Below are positions 9,410 to 18,759 of a stretch of DNA of 64,000 nt, piece after piece; the first letter of the stretch is position 1; the number at the start of each line of letters is the position of its first letter. Source of the DNA: Candidatus Omnitrophota bacterium (GTDB lineage: Bacteria; Omnitrophota; Gorgyraeia; Duberdicusellales; 4484-171); assembly GCA_016935525.1 (NCBI GenBank), contig JAFGQU010000002.1:98560-162559 (forward strand). The letters run 5' to 3'. The position numbers and the translations under genes are program-made. The notes under the pieces were generated by a model. It saw only the letters and a program-made list of their open reading frames with translations, searched no databases and was not told where the DNA came from.

Positions 9410-10950
9410 CTGATCGGCATACGCGGGTCGGATACGTTCATCAAATAGAAATAAAGCGGTATCCGTTGGTCATATCTGATATATTCTACCTTTATATTGC
9501 CGCTCATCGCCTCCGGATCTATACGTTCTAAAGAAAGCAATACCGCTTGTTCATGACGGGGAAAACCGGTCAGGACAGTCATCGTCTGCATATCATATAT
9601 TCCGTTACCGATATATTGCACCACACGATGTTCTCCGCCAACTCCGTACAAACTGGTACTTCCCGGTAAATACATCCATATTCGTCTTATTACTTTGTGG
9701 GTAGTCAGACTTCCCGGCACGCATACTGCGGAAATGTTCTGCTGGCGCATATATACTGAAAGCCACCGGCTCGATTCCTTGATCTGATATTCCTGACTAC
9801 GGCTTAACGAATCCCCTTTCCTTTTTACGTCATACTGTAATGCTCTTATCTGAAAAACACACACCAAAACAAGCAGGGCTATTCCCCCTACGAAATATAT
9901 TTTTTTCATCATGAATCGGGGGAAGAGATACCGCTCGAGAACGGCAGAAGATAAAATAGCCATTAAAGGCACCAATGGGATCAGGATTCGCCCCTCTAAA
10001 CAGAAAAGCCCTTGTGATAAAATCCTCAGGGAATGGAAAAAATGGGTAATCTGGAATCCGGCGAGAAAAGCGACCATAATCAAAAAAAATCGCGTCACAA
10101 ACCAGTAGCGCGGATCCCGCCAGTTCATCTTTGCCCCCCAGAAAGCCATAAGAATAACCGGATGTAAAAACAGTATGCCGCCGAGTATAAGGAACCTATC
10201 GAATGGGCCGGTCGCACTCACCGGGAATACCGACGGATACAGATAAAAAAATATCTGGAAAAAATCATACTTTAAAAAATGAATAATAAAAATACTCCAT
10301 AGGATAAAAGGTATACCCATAAAAATCGCATATCGCTTCTTATATTTCCCCCGGAAAAGGCCCAACCAGATCGCGATACACAAAAGGCCTTCTACCTGCC
10401 GAAATAAAGGCAAAAAGGCAACCAGCATGAATGATACGGTATATTTTCTTTTCAATGTCAGAAAAACCGCAAGAAGGATCATAAAGGCGAACATGATCTC
10501 GGAAAACGTAGAAATAGATCCGAGGAAATAGACCGGAAATGTAATCGCCAAAAATACGGCTATTGACGCGGCCCGGCGGGAAAGCGAAAGCATCCGGGCA
10601 ATCCGATAGACGAGAAAAAGGGTCGCACAGGAAAATAAAATATTCATTATCCGCAGTGAAAATATACCAAAAGGCAGGAGAATATGGAATACGCTCCCCA
10701 TAATGGCGTATCCGACCTTTACATAGGGATTGAGAAAAATAAGCCAGTTATAGGGCGCAGCCTTGATATAGCAATAACGGAATATATCATCGACGTTATA
10801 TAAGATATATTGATCGAGCAAAGCCGCGCGGAGAGGCTCACGGATACACCAGGCAAAAATCATGAGAACCCCACCAATCGCAGAAATAAGAAGGAGAGGA
10901 AGCTGTGTGTCTTTTTCCTCGTGGGAAGGGCGCATTGTCTTATTGAACAA
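9406..10950 (-). CDS. GT-C fold membrane glycosyltransferase, ArnT/PMT_2-like
   Basis: More than 10 predicted TM helices. 'LPFGIFSLRIMNILFSCATLFLVYRIARML' matches the PMT_2/ArnT family pattern. ATGA overlap with the upstream gene. Confidence 0.5.
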   Translation of the reverse strand: MFNKTMRPSHEEKDTQLPLLLISAIGGVLMIFAWCIREPLRAALLDQYILYNVDDIFRYCYIKAAPYNWLIFLNPYVKVGYAIMGSVFHILLPFGIFSLRIMNILFSCATLFLVYRIARMLSLSRRAASIAVFLAITFPVYFLGSISTFSEIMFAFMILLAVFLTLKRKYTVSFMLVAFLPLFRQVEGLLCIAIWLGLFRGKYKKRYAIFMGIPFILWSIFIIHFLKYDFFQIFFYLYPSVFPVSATGPFDRFLILGGILFLHPVILMAFWGAKMNWRDPRYWFVTRFFLIMVAFLAGFQITHFFHSLRILSQGLFCLEGRILIPLVPLMAILSSAVLERYLFPRFMMKKIYFVGGIALLVLVCVFQIRALQYDVKRKGDSLSRSQEYQIKESSRWLSVYMRQQNISAVCVPGSLTTHKVIRRIWMYLPGSTSLYGVGGEHRVVQYIGNGIYDMQTMTVLTGFPRHEQAVLLSLERIDPEAMSGNIKVEYIRYDQRIPLYFYLMNVSDPRMPIR

Positions 10951-11147
10951 TTCTGCCGATTTCTATATGTCGGCGATTATGTGTCAGGGATCCTTGTGAT
11001 CGGTCATTATACCACTCTTGACAAAGGCTGCCCCGGACCTTCGTGAGTATCCTGAAAAAATCAGAAATCATTATATCCAATAAGCTTTATAAGTACAACT
11101 TTAAAATAGTGCCGCCGAGGTCCCCTCGGTGCCTAAAAAACGGTTTT

Positions 11148-11166
11148 TTGACAATACTCTTGTCAA
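11148..11166 (+). promoter_or_regulatory. perfect palindrome TTGACAA-tactc-TTGTCAA in divergent intergenic region (candidate operator or -35 element)
   Basis: Read directly in the sequence, about 125 nt upstream of the likely start of the membrane-paralog gene. Nearby are an AAAAAACgGTTTTTT palindrome and a CCGAGGtcccCTCGG hairpin. Confidence 0.3.
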
Positions 11167-11290
11167 GGGCCCGAGACGATGATATCCTCTTTTTGGAGAG
11201 GCGGAATTGTTTTCCGCGTCTCCTGTTCTACACGGAAATTCTCATGTCTATGTATTGCGATATGCCCTTTCTTTCATTCTCTACACATTA

Positions 11291-12358
11291 ATGGATATCA
11301 ATATATACCCAACTATCCTGGCTATCGGCGAAATGAGTATCTTCGCCCTGCTGATTTTTCATTGTTGGTCACTAAGAGGGAAACGTATTACTTTTACCTT
11401 TTTTATCTTTTCTTTTATCTGCATGGCCTGGAAAGTGATCGGGGTCACGCCTAAACGTCCCCCGAATATCCCTCAGATGGCTTCTCATCATTATCAATTA
11501 CTCTTTTTCCCCCAACAGGCATCTCTTTTAGGGGAATTCATTGCCATCGTGGGGTGGATAATCGTATTTTATTTAAGTTGGCGGTTGGCGGAAAAAATCA
11601 TAGAAAACATTCCCTATTACAAAAACCGGATATTCCCGGTATTATTTTTCAGCGGTCTGGCCGCCATAGGATTCTCTTATGCAATTGAAGCAACCGCTAT
11701 TGCGGCCAAATGGTGGGCCTGGAAATATGAATACAAAGAAATCGCGGCCAGCTCGTTTTTGGTGGGGACGGTACCCTTCTATGCGTTAACCGCATGGTTT
11801 GATACTACCGTGCATTTGTTAGCGGCATATTTTCTTATCGAATGCACCCGATTCAGAAAATATTGGTGGAAGTTCATTTTTCTGTTCATCCCCCAATGTA
11901 GTTACCGATTCGAAATCATGGGATTAAGGGTATATGAAGAATTGGTTATGATAACTTTCCTATCCTTTTTCTCATTTTTCAATAAGTTGCCGTTTATGTA
12001 TGGGAACATAGATCTCGTATCGCCTGTAAGACGGGGAAAGAATATCGCCGGTTATCTACTGAAACGTGAACCCCACATGATACTCATTCTCACCGCAAGC
12101 ATTCTGGCGTATGTGCTGTTCATCGATATGTTCGTAATACAACAACCCGTACTGATTATTTCTAAATTGCCGCTGGGGATCATGCTCCTTCTCGCCGGTA
12201 AAAGGATAAAAACTGCTTACTTTCTTGCCCTCGGGATACTGTTTTTAGCTTTTTTTATCAAAAGCCGGCCGCTTCTGATCACTCTCTTCCCGGCGGCTAT
12301 CTTTCTTGTGTTTGAAGGAAAAGCCCGGTTTACTCAATCCCGCGGTACCAGGCAATAA
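11291..12358 (+). CDS. polytopic membrane protein, paralog 2 of the uncharacterised family
   Basis: Shares 'GWIIVFYLSWRLAEK', 'IEATAIAAKWWAWKY' and 'YFLIECTRFRKYWWKF' with the other two paralogs. Start set at MDINIY to match the paralog N-termini; the track ORF starts at 11207. Confidence 0.5.
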   Translation: MDINIYPTILAIGEMSIFALLIFHCWSLRGKRITFTFFIFSFICMAWKVIGVTPKRPPNIPQMASHHYQLLFFPQQASLLGEFIAIVGWIIVFYLSWRLAEKIIENIPYYKNRIFPVLFFSGLAAIGFSYAIEATAIAAKWWAWKYEYKEIAASSFLVGTVPFYALTAWFDTTVHLLAAYFLIECTRFRKYWWKFIFLFIPQCSYRFEIMGLRVYEELVMITFLSFFSFFNKLPFMYGNIDLVSPVRRGKNIAGYLLKREPHMILILTASILAYVLFIDMFVIQQPVLIISKLPLGIMLLLAGKRIKTAYFLALGILFLAFFIKSRPLLITLFPAAIFLVFEGKARFTQSRGTRQ

Positions 12359-13518
12359 AAGCTAATGGTTGTTTCCCTCCCCTGATTTTTTGGAATATCT
12401 TCATGAAAAAAGCTCAACCCCACAGATTTTGGGCGGGGACTTAATAGATAAAAACTGGCAGCGATCATACACAACGCGCCTATGATATATCCCGCTTTGG
12501 GAGGAAACAGATTGAACCGTATTGGTCCGGACCGGTCCCGGGAGAGAGACGACCGGATATATAACCAGTCCAGCGCATATAAGAGAGAAACGAACAGGAC
12601 CACTACCAAGCCGGGAACAGCCGGCTTACCGAAAAATCCGGCCAAAAGGCCGGCCAACGCCAGCGGGATGACAACAGGGATCCTGCCGATAGTCAGAAGG
12701 ATAATAAAAATGAAAGGTAATTTTGAAAAAATCAATTGCGGTTCTCTGACCACGCACAGATCAACCGCCGTAAAAACCATCACGGTACCGACCGCAAGGA
12801 AAGAAGGCGCCATTTTTAAAAAGCTATTGGCAGATTCTTTTGTTCGCGAAGGCCGGTATACTAATTTTAAATGAGAAAAAAAAGCCAAAACTATCACGCC
12901 ATCAAAAACGATGAATCTGATCAAAGCGAATTCCCGGGAAAAATATATCCACATGTAGCTGGCGGGAATAAGAAAAAACAGCGATTTCCACACATTGTCC
13001 TTGAACGAAGAACTTTCGATTAAAAAGAAAGGCAGCATAAAAAAGATATAAAATTCTATCCATCCGATAACCGCGCCGTAATTATATCCGGCCACAAAAA
13101 ACGATGAAAATTCCGAAGAAACCGCCTGCCATACCCACCATCCGGCACTGATACCGGTAGCTTCAAAGGCATAGGATATCGTCCCGGCAATGAATAACGA
13201 AAGGAATAAGGTGCTGAACAATCTCTCTCTAAAAACCCGGGTCCTCCCGAGTATTAATTCGGAAAGATACCAACTCATATAGAAAGTGAATATCCATCCT
13301 AAAATAACCGCACATATGACGAGAACGGTTGAAACCCCTTCGACGGTAAACCGGTAAGGCGCGACCGGAGAAAACGGCAACGTACTTTCTCTACGGAATC
13401 CCCAGAGTAACATAAAAAGGAAAAAGTGGAAGGTGATCCTCGCTCCTTTAGTCGATGAGGAATGGAATATGAGCACTATAACGCTCACGATGGCTGAAAT
13501 CAAAAGGAAATGAAACAT
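12334..13518 (-). CDS. polytopic membrane protein, paralog 3 of the uncharacterised family
   Basis: Shares 'GWIFTFYMSWYLSE', 'FEATGISAGWWVWQ' and 'FFLIESSSFKDNVWK'. Convergent 3'-end overlap of 25 nt with paralog 2. Confidence 0.5.
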   Translation of the reverse strand: MFHFLLISAIVSVIVLIFHSSSTKGARITFHFFLFMLLWGFRRESTLPFSPVAPYRFTVEGVSTVLVICAVILGWIFTFYMSWYLSELILGRTRVFRERLFSTLFLSLFIAGTISYAFEATGISAGWWVWQAVSSEFSSFFVAGYNYGAVIGWIEFYIFFMLPFFLIESSSFKDNVWKSLFFLIPASYMWIYFSREFALIRFIVFDGVIVLAFFSHLKLVYRPSRTKESANSFLKMAPSFLAVGTVMVFTAVDLCVVREPQLIFSKLPFIFIILLTIGRIPVVIPLALAGLLAGFFGKPAVPGLVVVLFVSLLYALDWLYIRSSLSRDRSGPIRFNLFPPKAGYIIGALCMIAASFYLLSPRPKSVGLSFFHEDIPKNQGRETTISFYCLVPRD

Positions 13519-13547
13519 AGATATTTTTCTCTCCGTTACCCGGCAGC

Positions 13548-14273
13548 TTATTCGATAATCATATCAATATCCGTGAGATCACTATCTCCTATATGTAACG
13601 GATTGTCCTTATAAGAAACCCGGCGGCAGCGCGGATCGTTCCCGCTGCTTGCTCCCGGGGGCACGGTTACCGCCATCAGACATACGTCGCCTACCCCTTG
13701 GGGAACACTAATAGTATACGGCCCGGGAGCCGAAAGAACAATATTGGCGATATCAGGAGGCAACCGGACCTTATGATACCGTTCGACTTCATATACTCCC
13801 ACCTCCACCCTTCCGCCAGTGAACTGAGCGTCATAGACCTGACCGGATATCGTCACCGTCGGGCCGGAATATCGTTCCATCACCAAACGGTTCGCGCGTA
13901 AAGGGATCGTATAATGAGATATATTTTCCTCACCGATAACGATAGGATCGGAGATAAAATACGCAAATGAATATCGCTTCTGGGGAGTGTCGCCGCGGTT
14001 ACGGGAAAGAAGATATATCGGCCCGGAATTCTTAGGGATCTTCAGTGTATACCGGCCGGGGCGGTTTAAATATACTATGCCTTGAGCGGCAGGATTTCCA
14101 TGTTGCAGTTTCTTCGACCATAACACCTCGATATCGCCCTTTTCGAACTCATCATAGACGACTTCCCCTTCAATGACTATATACGACCGTTGTTGATGCC
14201 AGATCTTAATACAAAGAGCCCCTACCACAATACCGATAATAATACCTGCCAATATTTTCCGGACCATGTTCAC
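13548..14273 (-). CDS. membrane-anchored exported protein of unknown function (two beta-rich repeats)
   Basis: N-terminal TM anchor 'ILAGIIIGIVVGALCIKIW'. Internal repeat 'GRYTLKIPKNSGPIYLL' / 'GPYTISVPQGVGDVCLM'. No recognisable catalytic motif. Confidence 0.4.
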   Translation of the reverse strand: MNMVRKILAGIIIGIVVGALCIKIWHQQRSYIVIEGEVVYDEFEKGDIEVLWSKKLQHGNPAAQGIVYLNRPGRYTLKIPKNSGPIYLLSRNRGDTPQKRYSFAYFISDPIVIGEENISHYTIPLRANRLVMERYSGPTVTISGQVYDAQFTGGRVEVGVYEVERYHKVRLPPDIANIVLSAPGPYTISVPQGVGDVCLMAVTVPPGASSGNDPRCRRVSYKDNPLHIGDSDLTDIDMIIE

Positions 14274-15808
14274 CGCTCTTTTATTCTACAATAATATGTC
14301 TCAACGCCGGGTATCTTTTTATCCTGAAAAACTATTTCCTGTTCTCTCAACCATTCCCGTAGCTGCGAGGAAAGATAAGGAACTCCTTCCCAATGAGAAC
14401 ATACGACCCACGCGCCGCGGGCTGAGGAAGCGATCCGATGGATATCGGCTATTTCAAAACCATAGGTACCCTGCAACGCGGAAAAAGAACCATCGTCGGG
14501 AAAATCTGCAGGGTCGATAATTAAATAAATATACTGTCGTAACCGCTGAGGGAAATAATACTGAAATGACGGCCAAATATTCTGAGTCGAGAGGACGATG
14601 ATATCGCCTTCCTTGTATCGTGAGACGATCGACCGGGCGATCTGACGCAGCGGCTTCCGGGGAAATACACTGACGGTCCTGCGAAAATTTTTTTCATCGT
14701 AATAATTCCCTAACGTAAGAACCGTCACCGATAGAAAAAGCGCTCCCATCAGTACCGCAAGGTATTTATATTTAAAAAGCCGTTCCCACCCCAGCACGAG
14801 CACGAGATAGTAACACGGCGACAACGCGATCAACGTACGGGTCAAAAGTATCGGTTTTGCTGAATAAGAGAAAATAATTATAAGCGCCAGAGGAGCCCAT
14901 AGGTAGCTCGCGATGAAACTCCTTTGGCTGAAAGAGTCGTCCTGCCCGGTCTTTCCGGAAACAATGGGATAAAATAGTATCGCCCACAGTAATCCTCCCG
15001 CAGTGATCAGCAATAATAACCATCCGTTGATATTGGCAGTATAATATCCGAACAGGAACTGTTCAAATACCTCAATAAGCCTCTGGATTGAGACCGGAGG
15101 GATCCAAAAATCGTTTCGTATACTCCCCAGATGAGCAAAAAACTTAGCCCCCCAGGGAATGAACAATAAGATGAGTATGCCCTGAGCTGACAGCCAGGAC
15201 GGTATTAATTCCTTATATCTCCTCCAATTGAAAAACAAAAATACATTATGGGAAAGAATAATAAGAAAAGCAAAATAATGAGTGTAAAGAGAAAGGGCAG
15301 TAACAAAGACCGTGATTCCCAGTATTCTACCGTCTCGTGTTTTTAAAAATACCTGAAAAAAATATATCGAACCGAGAGACAATAAAAGAAGAAGAGAATA
15401 CATCCGGATCTCCTGGGCATAATGTATCTGAAAAGGAGAAACCGCGATAAAAAATGCACCGAGCAACGCTATTTTTTTAGAAAAGATCAGTTCAGCGAGT
15501 TTATACAGTAACCAGATGCTGATAATACTGAATACTACCGACGGGATTCTCAGAAAGGCGTCACTTGACCCCAGATGTTTCCACCAATACATGAGAAGCC
15601 GATAGAGCGGAGGATGTGTCCCGACGCTAAAGGTGGTAAAAATACTTTTTAATCCCTGTTCAGCCTGTAATAATGTCTGCGCTTCATCGAACCATACCGA
15701 TTTCACATCCAAACGGAAAAAACGCAACATCGCTCCTACTCCCAGCACACAGATAAGGCCGCTATATCCGCGGGATATCTTTGCGATGAGCTGCGAAATT
15801 ATCGGCAT
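14270..15808 (-). CDS. GT-C fold membrane glycosyltransferase, ArnT/PMT (GT39/GT83)-like
   Basis: 'VWFDEAQT' DE-motif loop after TM1, 'THPPLYRLL', and 'RIPSVVFSIISIWLLYKLAELIF'. Polytopic. Confidence 0.6.
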   Translation of the reverse strand: MPIISQLIAKISRGYSGLICVLGVGAMLRFFRLDVKSVWFDEAQTLLQAEQGLKSIFTTFSVGTHPPLYRLLMYWWKHLGSSDAFLRIPSVVFSIISIWLLYKLAELIFSKKIALLGAFFIAVSPFQIHYAQEIRMYSLLLLLSLGSIYFFQVFLKTRDGRILGITVFVTALSLYTHYFAFLIILSHNVFLFFNWRRYKELIPSWLSAQGILILLFIPWGAKFFAHLGSIRNDFWIPPVSIQRLIEVFEQFLFGYYTANINGWLLLLITAGGLLWAILFYPIVSGKTGQDDSFSQRSFIASYLWAPLALIIIFSYSAKPILLTRTLIALSPCYYLVLVLGWERLFKYKYLAVLMGALFLSVTVLTLGNYYDEKNFRRTVSVFPRKPLRQIARSIVSRYKEGDIIVLSTQNIWPSFQYYFPQRLRQYIYLIIDPADFPDDGSFSALQGTYGFEIADIHRIASSARGAWVVCSHWEGVPYLSSQLREWLREQEIVFQDKKIPGVETYYCRIKER

Positions 15809-17227
15809 TTAATTCGTCCCTCTTGCGCATTCTTTCAATACACTCAATCCGGCGTGCCAGTAGTGGACGATCTGGCGGATATTCCGGACGCCACCGATGA
15901 TATTCACCATTCGTCGAGGATAAAGATAAAAACTAAGGTTTGCTTTCTTTATACATTCCGTGACCTTTTCTGAGCCGAGTTCAGTTTCGACATAAGGCGG
16001 GTCTCTCCTTATAGTATTACCCCGGATATATTCCCGCCAGTAATCGAACCGGTTTTTGGCCAGATACTGTTCATAAAGCGGGGTCGCCTGGATTATGGTC
16101 AACTTGGAAAATTGGGCGAAATCCAATTGTGATTTTTGCGCAAAACGTAACGTAGATCGGATCGTATGAAGCGTCTCCCCGGGAGCGCCTAACATAAAAA
16201 AACCAAAAGGCACTATTCGGTATTTCTTAGTCATCTCGATTTTCCTATTCATCTGCTCGATCGATATCGACGGCCTGTTGAGGTTTTTCTGTATCATCGG
16301 ATCGGCCGATTCGATCCCGTACATGAGCATCCGGCATCCGCTTTGAGCCATTTCTTTCAGTAATTCTTCATCGACCAGGTGGATACGGGTCCGGGCCATC
16401 CAGCTTAAAGAAAGCCGGTTCCTCCGTATCCTTTGGCATAGATCGATCGTTCTTTGCCGGTCGAGAGTAAATACTGTATCATAAAAATCCACATCCCGGA
16501 CGGAAAATCGATCATAACATTCTTTAAGTTCTTCGATCACATCATCGATATCTCTTATCTGTAAAGGATCGGGCCGGGAACAATATGTACATTCGAACGG
16601 GCATCCTTTCATGGTAACTACGGCGGTAAAATTTTTTCTTTGAGAGAACGAAGAAAAATATCTGCCATTAGGAAGCAGTTCCCTGGCCGGATGAGGCATC
16701 TTAAGAAAACTGTCCTGCTGATCCTCGCGGGGATTCACATAGAGCACATCGTCTTTACGGAAACAAAGGCCGCTCACGCTATTAAGATCTCCGCTATTGC
16801 CTAACACCGTTAAGAATTCCGGTAACGCGGAAAGCCCCGATCCCTGCAACGCGTAATCGATCTCGGGATGAGCCATGACTTCATGAGGATATATACTCAC
16901 CAGCGCGCCGCCGATGATTACCGGCAAAGAGACAATTTCTTTTATCTTTTTGATCCAAGCCCGCACATTATGAAAAGTAGCGGTAGTGACCGTAAATCCG
17001 AGGATATCGGGGTCGCTCTTTCTTATTTCTTTTATGACTTCGGCAAAAGACAGCCTCAATATATTCGCGTCAATAATATGTACCTGGTGTCCGGTCTTTT
17101 TAAGGATTGCCGCAAGATACGCGAGAGTTAACGGCGGATATCCGCGCATGTTTTCTTCATATCCGCCGATCTCAAACAGATTGTGCGCGGAAATAGTACT
17201 GTGCGGATATAGTAAGGAAACTCTCAT
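15809..17227 (-). CDS. B12-binding radical SAM protein (class B radical SAM, methyltransferase-like)
   Basis: N-terminal cobalamin-binding Rossmann region ('DILGFTVTTATF'). Radical SAM motif 'KGCPFECTYCS' (CxxxCxxC). Confidence 0.7.
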   Translation of the reverse strand: MRVSLLYPHSTISAHNLFEIGGYEENMRGYPPLTLAYLAAILKKTGHQVHIIDANILRLSFAEVIKEIRKSDPDILGFTVTTATFHNVRAWIKKIKEIVSLPVIIGGALVSIYPHEVMAHPEIDYALQGSGLSALPEFLTVLGNSGDLNSVSGLCFRKDDVLYVNPREDQQDSFLKMPHPARELLPNGRYFSSFSQRKNFTAVVTMKGCPFECTYCSRPDPLQIRDIDDVIEELKECYDRFSVRDVDFYDTVFTLDRQRTIDLCQRIRRNRLSLSWMARTRIHLVDEELLKEMAQSGCRMLMYGIESADPMIQKNLNRPSISIEQMNRKIEMTKKYRIVPFGFFMLGAPGETLHTIRSTLRFAQKSQLDFAQFSKLTIIQATPLYEQYLAKNRFDYWREYIRGNTIRRDPPYVETELGSEKVTECIKKANLSFYLYPRRMVNIIGGVRNIRQIVHYWHAGLSVLKECARGTN

Positions 17228-17293
17228 CTGGCAAGGTTACGTTGAGCCGATCTTTCTTGAAAAAAATCTATCATTTTTTGCCCGAAGGCACCG

Positions 17294-18718
17294 TCAGTTC
17301 TTACAAGTGACATGCTTCCATATATCCAAAGCGAAGGAAGCTTTCTGAACCATGCTTTTCAAAGAAAAAGCATCTCCCAGGTGCCGCATGATATAAAGGG
17401 GACGGAAATAAAAAGATTTGTAGGCATATTTTAATAATCCATTCAATTCCTGCTCGCTCAGATCCCCTGTCCAAAAAGGCAATTTAAAACCCGCCGTCGG
17501 GTGCTGGGCATAGGTTTTCCAACAATCTCCATAGATACCCTGTTCTAATCCCCTGGTGTACAACTCTGTTCCCGGAAAAGGAGCGACGATGGCAAACATC
17601 GCGTAATTCGGATCGAGTTCAATCGCGAATCGGATCGTGTTCATAATATCTTCTTTTGTCTCAGTCGGCGCACCGATCAAAAAATATAAAAGCATCTGTA
17701 TACCCGCCTCTTTTGTATCAGCAACAACTCTTCGGGCCTGTTCAACGGTAATCCCTTTTTTAAGCACTTTTAACATCCGGTCGGTACCGGCTTCAATACC
17801 GTACTGGATACGGGTACACCCGGCCGCGTTTAATCGTTCCAGCATTTTCCGATTCATCAGATCTACCCGAGCCCGGATATTCCATTTAAAATCCAATCGG
17901 GCAGCGATAATCCGGTCACATATCTCATATACCCGTTGTTCATCAAAATTAAAGAGATCATCGTAGAAAAATATCTCCTGAATGCCATTGGCCACACATT
18001 CGGAGATTTCACTCACGATATTCTCGGGGCTGCGGCTGCGGATCTTATACCCTTGATGTTGGCGAGAGCAAAAAATACACTGATAAGGACAGCCCCGGGA
18101 AGTAATCATTACCGTATAGGGGACATTTCTCCCCAGCAGGGTACGATAGCTGTACTTATCGACTAAATGCCTGGCCGGAAACGGCAATACATCCAAATTA
18201 TCCAGAAAAGGCCTCAGAGGAGTCTCAACGATCTTCCCCTCGTTCTTGTACAATATCCCTTTCACCGCAGAAAAATCACCGTCATGTTCAATTGTGTCGA
18301 CTAATTCGGCAAGGGTTATTTCGCCATCGCCGCGGACAACGAAATCGACCTCAGCAAACTCGATGGTTTGAAAAGGATAGACTGAACAATGGGGACCGCC
18401 GATACAGACTGTGATTTTCTCGTCTACCGCTTTTACTATTTTCGCAATTGCCAAAACATTTGCTAAATTAAACGTGACGGCATATATTCCTACGATACGC
18501 GGAGAAGTATCGCGAAGGTATTTTTCTATCGAGTCTATTCCTCCCGGTTCCCGCTGGCAATCAATAAGATTGACTTCATGAGAGCCGTAGCGAGCCATAT
18601 AGGAAGCAAGATACAATAATCCTAACGGGGGATATATCGAAAGTGACGCCGCAATGTTTTCCAGTAATCCCCTGCTGGTGACCATATTATTCGCAGGATT
18701 AATAAGGGTTATCTTCAT
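17294..18718 (-). CDS. B12-binding radical SAM protein
   Basis: 'RIVGIYAVTFNLANV' B12 domain. 'SRGCPYQCIFCS' CxxxCxxC. Confidence 0.7.
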   Translation of the reverse strand: MKITLINPANNMVTSRGLLENIAASLSIYPPLGLLYLASYMARYGSHEVNLIDCQREPGGIDSIEKYLRDTSPRIVGIYAVTFNLANVLAIAKIVKAVDEKITVCIGGPHCSVYPFQTIEFAEVDFVVRGDGEITLAELVDTIEHDGDFSAVKGILYKNEGKIVETPLRPFLDNLDVLPFPARHLVDKYSYRTLLGRNVPYTVMITSRGCPYQCIFCSRQHQGYKIRSRSPENIVSEISECVANGIQEIFFYDDLFNFDEQRVYEICDRIIAARLDFKWNIRARVDLMNRKMLERLNAAGCTRIQYGIEAGTDRMLKVLKKGITVEQARRVVADTKEAGIQMLLYFLIGAPTETKEDIMNTIRFAIELDPNYAMFAIVAPFPGTELYTRGLEQGIYGDCWKTYAQHPTAGFKLPFWTGDLSEQELNGLLKYAYKSFYFRPLYIMRHLGDAFSLKSMVQKASFALDIWKHVTCKN

Positions 18719-18759
18719 CGCCTTTATTATACCTTAATAACCTTACAATGAATCGATAT

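Noticed and set aside
11043-11454. ORFs 11043..11291 and 11179..11454 in the divergent intergenic region
   Set aside because: They overlap the promoter region and the true start of the membrane paralog, and show no homology signal. They are more likely non-coding leader sequence.
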